A stretch of DNA of 64,000 bases from Vicugna vicugna (taxonomy: Eukaryota), in NCBI GenBank assembly GCA_013265495.1, contig MU061989.1:2050384-2114383 (forward strand), read 5' to 3'. The translations under genes and the position numbers were made by a program. This document shows, piece after piece, positions 22,601 to 34,600 of the stretch. Under the pieces are notes generated by a model, which ran no database searches, was not told where the DNA came from, and was given only the letters and a program-made list of their open reading frames with translations. Position 1 is the first letter of the stretch, and the number at the start of each line of letters is the position of its first letter.

Positions 22601-25600
22601 TCAAGGAGCCAAGAGGGAGTGTGGGGAGCTGGGGTGGTGGTCTCTGGGCTAGTACTTGTTTGCAAGCCTGGTGTGGTTGGGCCCTGTGGCACTTGCCCAA
22701 TGTGGGCCCACGTACCGGGTCTCCGATGACATGGTTGTCCACCTGCCGCGTGCGGTTGATACCAAGAATGCCAAAGACCACGAAGACCATGGCCCCTGTA
22801 TCCACCAGCGGCCGCACCGCCGGCTTCCCGCAGCCCGTGTTCACGCAGGGGTTGAAGCCGAAGGTGGCGGAGAGGCGGGCCTTGGGCACTGCAGAGGGAG
22901 TCACAGCTGTATGGGCAGGTGGGACCCAGCCTCCCAAGGCCCCACTGCAGCCTCCCCACGGGTACCTTTGTCACTGGGCACGTAGAAGAAGCCTTTGGTC
23001 GGCCCATCGGGGCTGGAGCTGAGCAGGCAGCCGGGAGGTGCTGAGCACACGCGCCCGTGGAAAGGGGGCTTGTGGGACTGGGCAAAGTACAGTTTCCTGT
23101 GGAGGCAAAGGAGGCCGGGACTGAGGCCGAGAAGGCTGGGAGGCGTTGGGGAGGTTGGGCAAACGTGGCCGTGTGCAGGGGCCGGAAGAGCGCGGAGGGT
23201 GGACTTGGGCTCCCCCAGTGCGGGGATTTGGTTGTGGGTTCAGGGCTGGGGTTTGGACACCTGTTCTAATCTAGTCCCACCACATGGCTCTGCTTAACGC
23301 CCTCCCCTTTTCCCTCTCTGTTTGTCTCCTTGCCTGTGGCATGAAGGGTGGAGGAGACCAGCAGTTTCCAAACTGTCCTCCAGGGGGTGCAAGAGTTCAG
23401 AGGGGCCCCAGGGCCATCCTGGGTGAGGGGTGGGTCACTGCTCAGAAGCCCCCTGCCCTGCTGTAACCTGAACAGTCACAGAGCCTCAAGATTCTGTTTA
23501 AGGAAAGGATTTCACAGTCAGCTTATTCACCATGGGACTTGACGTATCTCAAGGTTCTTTCTAGAATGTTCTAAATTCACCCAGGCAGCCAGACCCCAGT
23601 GGCTATTGTGTATGTGCAGAGGGAGCCCAGCCCTGGAGGGCAGGCAGAGGGACCCTCACTGCCGTGCCAAGGTGTGCCAGGCTGGAAGGGCCCGAGGAGC
23701 CCGTCTTGGTCATCCCTGGGCCTCCATTCCACACCCCCGCCCCAAGCGGAGTTCAGCCTGGTGTGAGTGCTCAATGCTCCGAGGCCAGGCCCTGTCAGAG
23801 ACCACGTCCCTGTCCCCATTGCCGGCCCCGCACTGCCATTCTCTGGACTACGACAGTGAGCTCTTTCTTTCAGAGCTCGTATTGTAGTTTGTAATGACAT
23901 TGTGCTTGACTTGTTAGCTGCTGTCTCCCACTGGTCAGCCCGAGGGCAGCAGCCACATCTGTCTTGTTTACTGTCCCCAGCGCTAGCCCTGGGCCGGCTC
24001 GCAGTCGGTGCTGAAGGTTTGTTAAATGAATGAATGGATGAAAGAGCAGATCTTCCGCTAACACAGCCTCAGCTGTCAGAACGTGGGGGAAGAAACCTGG
24101 GGAAGGATGCCCCCAGCTGGCTCGGAGACCCCTGAGGCGCAGAATGCAGTCACTCGCGTTTTGGGGCTCTGACTTCATGCCTGGCACTAGGCACGGCGTG
24201 CGTATGCAGTAGGTAAATAGAACAGAGATGGTCTCTCTCCTGCCACCCCACAATCGGAGGGCGGGGGAACATTAAATACATATCTTCCGAATTAATCGTA
24301 TAGATTGAGTGTGTGGCGAGCGCCTTGGAGAGGAATGCAGAGTGTACTCAATCATTCATTCATTGATTCACTCATTCAGCAAGTGTTTACAGAGCACCTG
24401 CTCTGTGCCAGGCACTGGGCCGGGGGCTGGGGATACAGTAGGGGCCACAGTCGAGGTGACCACTAACAGGATGCCTACGTGCTCCTGAGGACCAGTAGGT
24501 CAGTACGACTCCAGGTGGTGATGGGAGCTGGAAGGACAGCAGAGGGGTGACACCCAGGGAGAGACCAGGCGTGGCTATTTCAGACAGGGCGGGTGTTCTG
24601 GTCAGGGGCAGCCTCTCCCAGCAGGGTACCTCTGGGCAAGGACCTGAATCTTGAGAAGAAGTCAATCACATGAGGAGCTGGGGAAGAGCATTTTAGGCCG
24701 AGGGAACAGTAAATGCAGAAGTTCTGTGATGGGAACTGCTGGGTGTGCTGAAGGGCAGCCAGATGGCCGCCATGCATCCTGCAGGGCCACCCAGAGGGAC
24801 AGTGGCAGATGGCGGAGCAGATCGTGGCCCTGTCATCTCAGTGTTCCCCACTCCCCAGTCCCAGGCAGGGAACTGTCTGAACAAATGCATGGAAATGGAC
24901 ATGGGTTTCTTAAAGGTTCCTGCTGACATCTCTTGCTGGGGGTGAGGTGGTGGGGCGGGCTGGTAGAAACTGCCTTATCTGCAAGGTTACCGGGTGTGCT
25001 GCTGCTCCTTGGTGGCCACGTAGAAGCTGAAGTCAAACTTCCAGCCCCGCTTGGCGTCACAGGNNNNNNNNNNNNNNNNNNNNNNNNNNNNNNNNNNNNN
25101 NNNNNNNNNNNNNNNNNNNNNNNNNNNNNNNNNNNNNNNNNNNNNNNNNNNNNNNNNNNNNNNNNNNNNNNNNNNNNNNNNNNNNNNNNNNNNNNGACAA
25201 GACAGGTGACTCCGGGAGGCTGCCTCAGCCTGGGCCCGGCCTCAGGCTCTGTCCCCTCCCTCCTCGGAGTGTTCCCCGCGCCCTGCCCCCAATTCAGCCC
25301 CCAAAGTGGGGGACAGAGCACTGAGCAGAGACTCAGGAGGCCTGGGTTCGAGTTTAAAGATGGGGAAAATCCTTCTCTCTCTCTCTGAGCCTCAGTCCTT
25401 CCTTCACCTGAGGATCTACTTACTCCGGGCCAGGCCTGAGCTGTGCTCTGAGGATACAGCAGTGAGCAAGATGGGTTTGGTCCCTGCCCACTGTGAGCTG
25501 CCAACTATGATGGCTTCAGATTCTTTTAAGGGCTTTGAATTAAATATCAGGATAAGACACAGGATGAACGGGCAGCAGAAGAGGAGGGCAAACTGAGAGG

Positions 25601-28600
25601 GATGGCCAGGACAGGGTTCTGGGAGGAGGTGACACTCATGCTGAGACCTGGCTGGGGCATCAGCCGTGCATTAAGTGGGAAGGAAAGCTTTCCGGGCAGT
25701 AGGACAGCAGTGCAAAGGTCAGGGTCAGGAAATGCCTCACACACCCCATCTCTGAGATGGAAATATAAATGCTGAACAAATAAGGGGACAGGCGCAATGG
25801 TCACCCAGGGGGTGTAACGTGTTAAAGAAACACAAATGGTTCCTCAGGGGGAAAAGCCAGAGGCCTGGGCTGGCCCTCGGAGGCCCTTCTCTGAGGTGCG
25901 GGGACAGTTGTCAAGAGCAACAGCCTAACTGTGGCTCCCATTTATTGAGCATTTACTACACCCCAGATGTTACATAACACACAGACCTTGCCTTGTGTAT
26001 CTCCAACAACCCTGGCTGGTACTTTTCATATCCCCGTTTCACAGATGAGGAAACTGAGGCTCAGGGAGGTTAAGTCATCTTCCCAAAGACACACAGGTAA
26101 TAAATGGCAGTGCCAGGACTTGAACCCAGGTCTGGTTGCCTCAGAAGCCTGTGCTCTCCCCACTCTGCGGGTCCCTGTCACTGACCTGGCTGACAGCGGG
26201 AGAGGGTCCTCATCTGCCTGTAGCAGCTTCGTCCTCACAGACCCTGTCTCCGCCCCTGACATGGTCAGTGCCCACCAGTGCAGCATTGAGGGGCCCCTCC
26301 CTAGTAGCGGTGACTAACTTCCCGACAGCCCCGCTCACCTGGAAGGAGGGTACCTCCCCGTCCCCAGGAGACACGATCTGCCAAGGGGCAGGTAGGCTGG
26401 CATTGAGGGAGAACCTGTAGACAGCCGGGTGGCCTTTGCTCTTCATCTTGGAGACATACACCGTGCCTGGGGCGTCTAGGCACAAACGAGAGGTGGAGGA
26501 GGGATGACAATCACCTCGACTGGCTTCCCCTGATTCTGCAGCAGCCCACCCTCTGCTCTGCTGACCGAGGAGCTGAGCCCCGACCTTGGGCTCATCTCCG
26601 AATGCTGGCTCTGCCCCTCTCCTGGATCAAGCCCAGGGCAATGATGGGAGAAAGGTCGTTGGCAGTGGACATTGGGGTAGTGTGGTGGCATAGATGGAGG
26701 TGGAGGTGGCGGTGGTCCCTGCGATGGGGTGGCAGCGCAGGTGGAGGGAGTGACGAAGATGGCGAAGTCATGGTGAAGCTGAGCCAGTGTGGGGCTGTGG
26801 TAGTGGCAGTGGTGTTAATGATGGGGAGCCCCATGTGACTGGTGGGGCCGTGCTGGTGATGACAATGGTGGGCACAGAAGGGGTGACAATGACCATGGGG
26901 CGACAAGGGTTAATTCCCACATATACCCCAGCGTCCCACCTCCGATGGTGAACTCAGAAGGGATAAGCGTTCAGGACGCCCAGCCCTCCCCCCGATACTC
27001 AGGACGGATTTGGCACACAAGGCAGGTTTATGGGGCACCACAGTCCAGACTGGGGTAGTGGCAGGAGGGGTTCCCACTGTTCTGGCCAAGAGCTGGTGGG
27101 ACGACAGGCAAGGGCCTCCAGTTCAACTCCCCCACCCAACCCTTCCATAGTGACCCAAGAACACAGGATTTTGTTCTCTAATAAGAATCAAAGATTGGAT
27201 TTAATCCTCTCTCCCCACAAGGTCCCTGCACGCTTGCACCAGGCAGGACCTCCCAGCACCCCCACCCAATCAGCCCACGCTCTCTACTGACCCTGCATGG
27301 TGGCCTCAGGCCGGCTGGCCCAGGACACCCCTGAGCCCCGCTTCTTCTTCTCCAGGGATGTCCGGATGTTGTTCTGCAGGCTGTGGGGCTTCTCCTGGAA
27401 CAGACCTACCCCCACGCCATGTCAGGGACAGAAGGGCCTCCCTGGCAGGGCCCTGCAGAGGCTAGGACAGTGACGACCCCAGGGACACAGGACCCAGGGC
27501 CCTCAGCTTGAGAAAGGGGTGGTGTCAGGGGTCTGCATGAAACTAGATGGAACTGAAAAAACACCAAATGTTGAATTTACAAGACTCTTAAGGCAAAAGA
27601 AAGACACCTGCCAGCCCCACCCAGAGAAGGACCCCCTGAAGCTTTCCCTGCGCAACCTCATCACGTCCCATCTCCCTCTTCTGTCAAAGGGGCGCCTCCA
27701 GAGGCGGGCTGAGGGCCCAAATGGGATGCCGCATCTCATGTGCTTAGCAACGTGTCTGGCTCGCGAAAAATGTTCAATAAACAGGAAAAATTAGAAACGG
27801 CATGTTATCAACAAGCAGAGATGAGGGGAGACCTCCCGTTTTGCACCAAACATGGTGGTGATTTTCTAGTTTGTTTTTGTTTTTTAACAAGAGGAATTGA
27901 ACATCTTCAAAAATTTAATCCTCACAATAATCCTAAGAGGTCATTATTCTTAACCCCACTTGACAGAGAAGCAAGCAGACATTCAGGGAGGGAACAGGAC
28001 CTGCAGGGGAAGTGAGAGGCAGAGCCCCATCAGGATGGGTCTTGTCCACACCTAAGGCTGAAGCTCTTTTGGCTACAAAATGAAGGGGTCCCTTTAAGAG
28101 GCAGTTCAGAGGCTGAGATGCAAGGGGCTGGGGGCTGGACTCTGGCTGAGGTCTTGGCCCTTCTCTAGATGTTTCCAGGAACTTCAGGATCATCTTGGGG
28201 TTTGTCTGTCTGTGCAGTGGGAGAAGACATGGCTTTTTCCTCCAGGTCCCGAGGGATGGCAGGAGGATTTGTAGCGGCAGCAAGAGTGGAGTGGGGTTTG
28301 ATGCCCAGGCAGGCGGAAAGGAGCAGGGGACGTGGCCAGGGCTGCCTCCAAATTAGGAGGGGCTCTTCGGGCACCTCTCTGAGCTGCAGTTGATTATCAT
28401 GCATTTGGCTAATGCCATTACCGGGGGAAGGCCAGGTTAATCTGAACACCACCCTAATTAAATGAAGGCAATTACAGCAGTCAGCAGGGCTTCCCCCAGG
28501 AGCTGGAAGCACTCGCCCAAGCGTCTTCTCATTTGGTTTCTAACCATCCGGCAAAGCCGCATGACCTTGGGTTCACTTCCCCCACCCCAGCCCTGACCAC

Positions 28601-31600
28601 AGGCTCCCCTCTGTAAGATGACGGCCTGGATCAGACTAAGGCAAGGAGATGTCTTTATTTCACCTCCTTGTTCATCCCGCGCACGCACTCCGTCACTAAG
28701 TTCTATGGATTTTGTCTCCTAAAAACTTCCTGACTTCGCCGCCACCATCGGCCACGCTGGCCCCAGCCCCCACCATCTCTCATCTAGGTGATTGCACCAG
28801 CCTCCTACCTGGTCTCCCAGCCAGGTTTCACCCTGGATCTCTAACCACACAGCACCTGGGGGGCTCAAACATGGCCCCTGTCTGCTTAAAACCCTCCACT
28901 AGCTTCCAGTACAATTACAATAAAATCCAGAGTCCTCACTTTAGCCCACCAGGCCCTGGCCCAGCCCATCTGGCTTGTCTTAGCTCCTGCAAATACCTCT
29001 CTTGAAGCTGGTCCCGGTCTTTCCTACCTCCAGTGCTCCCCTCTGCCCAGACCTCTTTCCTCTTCTCCTCTCGCAGCTTGGAAAAATCCTTCCCTTTTTA
29101 CCCCTTCCAGAGACTAAGTCCTTCCCATTTTTCAAGTTTTGGCTTAGACATTCCCTCCTCCAGGAAGCCTTCCATGATGCTGAGCTCCCCAGGCACCCTG
29201 CTTTCCATTCACCACAGCTCAGATCTACTATTATATGGCCTGTCCCAGCAGTGGAACAAACTCCCTGAGCTCAGGAAGCCTGTACTGCCCAGTGGGGTCT
29301 CCCCAGCACCAGCATAGCTGGCACCCACGAAGTGTTTGTTTAATGAAATGTGGGCACACTGAGGCTTAGAGGTGGAGTGATTTGCCTGAGGTTACGCAGT
29401 GATGGGGAGCCTAGATGTCCCATCTCTCGTCTTTGAGATCTGGATTACAAAGAGGGAAGGGTCCCGCAAGGGCCACCCTGGCTGGAAATCCTTACCTGAA
29501 CAGGTGATGCAGGAGATGCCCTCGGCGCTCAGGTTGTACTTGAGGTCCAGCAGCACCTGGATGTTGGTGTCGGGCCGAAAGAGCAGTGGGGCCCGGCTGG
29601 CAGGGCGGAGCCGGCTGGCAAACACCAGGGACAGGATGAGGATGGAGACGAAGAGGCCTGCGAGGAAAGGATGCCACGCTAGGCAGAGCTGGGGCCCGGG
29701 AGGCACACTCACAGCTGGGGCCTCCAGAGCTCTGGGAAAGAGCTGCTTCTTTACGGGGGAGGGGAGGGGGAGGAGGAGAGGGTGTCCCAAGGGAGTGGGC
29801 AGAGGCCCAGCATGCCAGCCTCTGAGAGAGGCTGCTGGGGGTCAGTCCTCCGGAGGGGCTGGTTGTTATGTGCATCAGTCGGGGGGTTAGACTATAAGCT
29901 ACAAGCGTCCTTCTAGACAAGAATCAGCCACCACTCAGAGCCCTTACCAGTTTATAAAGAGCCAGCACATCCACCTGATCTGATACAGCCCTAAATACAG
30001 TCAGTGATAAAAATAATAATAATAATAATAATTACAACACTTAACTTTTATTGAGCACTTACTGCATGCTACACACGGAGCTAAGTTCTTTACATGCCCT
30101 ATAGCTTTCCTCACAGCTGCCTTATTCGACGGACACTATTCTTTTTTCTTTTTTAATTCTTTTTTCTACGGACACTATTCTTATCCTCAGTTATACTATA
30201 GGAAACTAAGGCTCAGACCCAACGGCACAGTCAAGGTGACACTGCCCGTACGTGGCAGAATCAGGATTCCGACCCAGCCAAGCCGGTCTAACTCCAGAGC
30301 CCAAGCACTGAGCTCTGCTGCCCAGCATGGGGCTGGCACTTAGCAGGAGCTCAGCAAGCAACAGCTATTGTGGGACCAGCTTTGTTCTATGCAGGAAGGC
30401 GGCGAGGCTCAGAGAGAGTGAGGGCCAGCAGCCCAGGTCTCTGACCTCTAGCTCCCTAGCAGGACAGGGGTGGATTCCCAATGCCTGCCTGTGCTTTGGA
30501 GAGGGGTCTGTCCCCATGCCTCAGGCACTGGGGAGAAGCTTCGAGAAGGGGGGAGGGAGAATGGAGAGCTCACTTACCCACAATCACCCACCGGCTCTTG
30601 ACAGCCGACCACAGGACCCAGTGGTGCAGCAGCTCCTGCAGCTGGGCAATGAGCTGGCCGCTGCTGCCCGTGTCGGGGGCTGGCTGCAGGCCTTCGGGGG
30701 GCACAGACACCAGGGACACGTCTCCCAGCTCCAGCGACACTGCCAGGGCAGAGCAGGGGCCCATCAGAGGCCTGGCTCAGACATGGGTCAAAGCCCACCC
30801 TGGTCTCGGTCCTCTCCAGGGAAGCCCAAATTCTTGATGGGGAGCCCCACGGCCCTCTCATCCAGCCCCTGCCTCTAGCCCAGCCTGTCCTCAAACCATC
30901 CTGTCAAACCAGCCCCCCGGTGAGGCAGGCCCTGGTCTAGCCAGGCTCAGCGGGGCAGGCCGGCGCCAGCTCTCACCTGGCTCCTCCTCCACATTCAGCA
31001 AGGGGATGTCATCGTCCAGGTAGGGCATGGCGCCCTGCGCAGAGCCGCCCCCTGCCCGCTCAGGAGCCGCAAACATGTCCCCGGGGAAGCGCAGGGAGCT
31101 CTTGCGGCCGCACTTCCGGTGGCAGCTGTGGAGTGAGGAGGGGAGAGGCGAGAGTCCTGGGTATCCAGGGAGGGTGGGCAAGACCCCGGCTCCACGTGAG
31201 CCCAGGCACCCCGCCGCCGCTGACGTCTCACACAGGACACGCAGCGCAGACTTCCTGCGCCCGATTCCTTTCCAGTGCCATCGCTCCAGGGCCCTCAGGT
31301 GCAACTCTTCCTCCGGGGAGACAAATGGTGACAGCAGCCGTTACCCAGGAAGAGGGGTGACAACACACAGCTGTCCACACATTGAGACCAAAGCAGGGGA
31401 ATCACACCTCCGCTGTCGTGTGGCCCTGGGGCCCTAACCCTGGGAGACGGGGAGCGGGGCTGGGCTGAGGACGCAGCTGAGGCCTCGGCTGGAGGGAATG
31501 TGGGGGAGACAGGGCTTGCCCTAGGGACTGGGAACAAGAATAACGCGCAAGCTTAAGGAGTGCTGTGTCAGGCAGTGAGCTGGAGCCCCATGCGGATGCT

Positions 31601-34600
31601 CTCGGTCCTTACAGGGACTATATGTACCCATTTTATAGAACAGGAAACTGAGATGCAGAGAGATTAAGTAATAGGCCCAAGGTTCCACAGCTGTCAGACA
31701 AAGAGGTTGAGGCCGGAGCCCAGAACTGGGACAACTGCTGTGTCTACTGCCCCAGACTTGAGGGCAGGGTGGGGTGGGCCTTGGTTGGTGTCTTCGTAGA
31801 GGTTAGGAAAAAAAGCCCTTCACCCAAGATACTTTGCTTCTATGTCACAAAACGGTCACAGAAATAGTCAAATCTGAATGTCCACAGTGCAGAGGGCTGT
31901 GCCTCAGCCACAGTGCCCTTGTGCAGTGCCCAACCCGGGCCACCGGCCATGATGCCCTGAAGGGGAGTGTGAGGAGGAGAGCTGAGGAGTCCATCCTAGG
32001 CCCAAGTCTGGGCTCCTTGCTGGGCTCTCATGTCCTTCCTGACCCTCCTTGGCTCAGGTGGACACTGTCATGGACCCCTGACATTTCTGCTTCTGTGTGC
32101 CCTGCCCCAAGCCCAGACCCTCCATCATTCCTCAGTGTTCCCAACCCAGGTTATTACCAGGGCCAGATTCCATCTGACCATCCCTCCCTCCCCAGACCAC
32201 CTTGTCCATGGCCCATGAGTCCCCAACTCCTCCACCTTCAGCAGCAGCTCTGCACCGATCCATTCAACTCTGCATGGGGCCCGCTGTGTCTAAAAACTGT
32301 TCCTCCCCCAAAGGAGGGAACCCCGAGGGCATTTAACATGGCGGCTAAGAGCGTAGGATTATGAGTCAGATTATGGGGTTTAAATCTTAGCTCTGCTGCC
32401 TGTTAAATGGGTGACCTTGAAAAAGTTGCCCAACCTCTACAAGCCTTTGTTTCATTGTCTGTAAAATGGGTGAAATAAGAGGTCCCAGCTCCTTGGAGGG
32501 GAGGCAGTAAGATCTTGTACAAAAGTGATTTGCCCACTTCTCAGCACACAGTAGGTGATCACAGACAGAACTACCAGACAGGTTTCTCTCTTCCTAGCAC
32601 AGGACTGGGCATACAGAAGGTGCTCAATAGTGAACCACAAGGCTTCTGGGAGAGAGGGTGGTGTGCTGAGTGGCCTCCAAGTCCTGTTACGGATATTCAG
32701 TAAGAGGAGGACATGGCCCGCTGCCCCTCCGCTGGCCCAGCTCACCTGGTCTGGCAGGCGCTCTCCAGCGGTGCCATGTAAAGGCTCCAGATGCCCAGGG
32801 CAGCGGGCATGGTGAAGAGCACAGCCAGCCAGCAGCAGGACACGATGAGAGACATGAACAGGCCAAAGTCATGGACAGCTGGGATCTGGCGATGGAGAGA
32901 TAGAGGGGGGATGTGGGGCTGGCAGGCCCAGAGCCCAGGGAGCCTGGGGACTCTGCAGACAGGCACAGGACCCTGAACCACTAGGCTGAGGCAGGATGAG
33001 GAGGCTGGGGCTGCTGGAATGGAGACACTAGCCTAGGAGGGCATCAGAGGGCAAGGGCTGGTGCTCGGGGCATGGGAGGGGAGGAAGAGTCCCACCTCTG
33101 GTCTCTGCTGCAGCCCTCTGCCCGGAACAGTACCTGGCACAGAACAAGCGCTCCATAACTGCCCTTACGTGAGGACAGAGGGAGACACCCTGTTGGAGCA
33201 GGCCATGAGGTAGTGAGGGGGAAGGGAGAGAAAGCCACCCTGATGGGAACAGGGGGGCTGGGCCCAGGAGGAGTGGGTGTGTGGCGTAGTGTCAGAAGGC
33301 AGCTGCAGCCGACAAGCAGAAGAGCCTTCACTGTTTGGGGAATGCTTTCACACCATCTCATTTCAGTACCTGATGATCCACACATGAGGAAAGTGAGGCT
33401 CAAAGAGGTTAAGCAACCTGCCTAAGGCCACACAGCCAGAAAATGGCAAAGGTAGGGTCTGAACCCAGCTCTGCCTGTTTTCTGGATGTGGCTCTCTAGG
33501 AAGGCCTGGAGAATCCCAAAGCATCAAGTGGTTTCTAGATGAGATACTCAGCCCGGGTCATAAAAACTCTCAGACTCAGGCAGGCTCACTGCCTTTCAGG
33601 TTCTGTCAGCACCACAGCCATGGCCGAAGACTTGAAGGAGTGTGGGGCCAGCAAGAGGAAAGTCAGTGTAGGGATGACGATGTGTTGTGGAGCCGGTGGG
33701 TGGAGAGAGCCCCAGACCAGGGCCCAGCAGACTCGGGCAGGCTCACCACTGACAGCTCTGGGACCTTTGGAAACTGCCAAACAGCCCTCAGGGCAGAGGC
33801 TGGATTATTATTACTGAGCATCGATGATAAACACTATTTGTATTATTATCATGTTCCCATTTGCTACATTCTGGTGATGGTGATTAGTAACAAAACCTCT
33901 AGGGATGTGGCAAGTACCATGAGGCACAGGCTGGTGTGGCCACAAAAGAAGGGGTGGGTGGGAAGAGCAGAGATCAGGGGCCAGGGGTGCCTGGGAGGAA
34001 TAGGAGGCCAGGACAGGGGCAGAGGGTGGTCTCCCACCTGGGAGAAGATGTTGGCCGCGTAGGCGGCAGCCGTGGTCAGGGAGGTGAAGAAGGTGGCCTT
34101 GCCCGCCGTCTGGATGGTGTGGATCATCCGCAGCTGCGGGTCCTCCATATGGGTGGCCTGGCGGTAGGTGTTGATGAACACAAAGACGTCGTCCACGCCT
34201 ATGGGAGGGGGTCCCGGGCCAGCCGGGTGGCTCAGGATCACTCTGCTGTCCCCAGGATCAGACCTAACCTCAGCTGAGAATCCAAGCCCCACCCTCCATG
34301 CTCCTTGGCCCTATCCCCTCCCCAGAACTAGGCCCCTTCCTCCAAATCTTAGCCTCTTTCCCACCTTTCCCACTGTTCTTAACCTCCAACCAGCATGCCT
34401 GCCTGCTCCTTCCACCTCTTGGGGGCTCCACCCACAATATGAAGAGGATCACCCACCACTCACACTCTCCCAACCCCCCACCCCAACTCCAAGTCTCTAA
34501 GGTCTGAGAGGGGACTTTTTGGAGCCCCCAAGGAAGCCAGTCTTTGCATCCTGGAAGAAGACTCTTCCGGGAACAGAGTTCCCCAGTGGGAGGCCCATTG

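Noticed and set aside
25716-25727. Nuclear-receptor half-site pair AGGTCA-GGGTCA as the thyroid response element (DISP3 is reported T3-regulated)
   Set aside because: Spacing is DR0, not DR4. I saw no convincing DR4 by eye; a PWM scan is needed.
26592-26906. His/Pro/Thr-rich ORF
   Set aside because: Product of a GGT/GAT low-complexity tract.
33605-33625. RE1-like GTCAGCACCACAGCCATGGCC
   Set aside because: The left half matches but the GGACAG core is broken.
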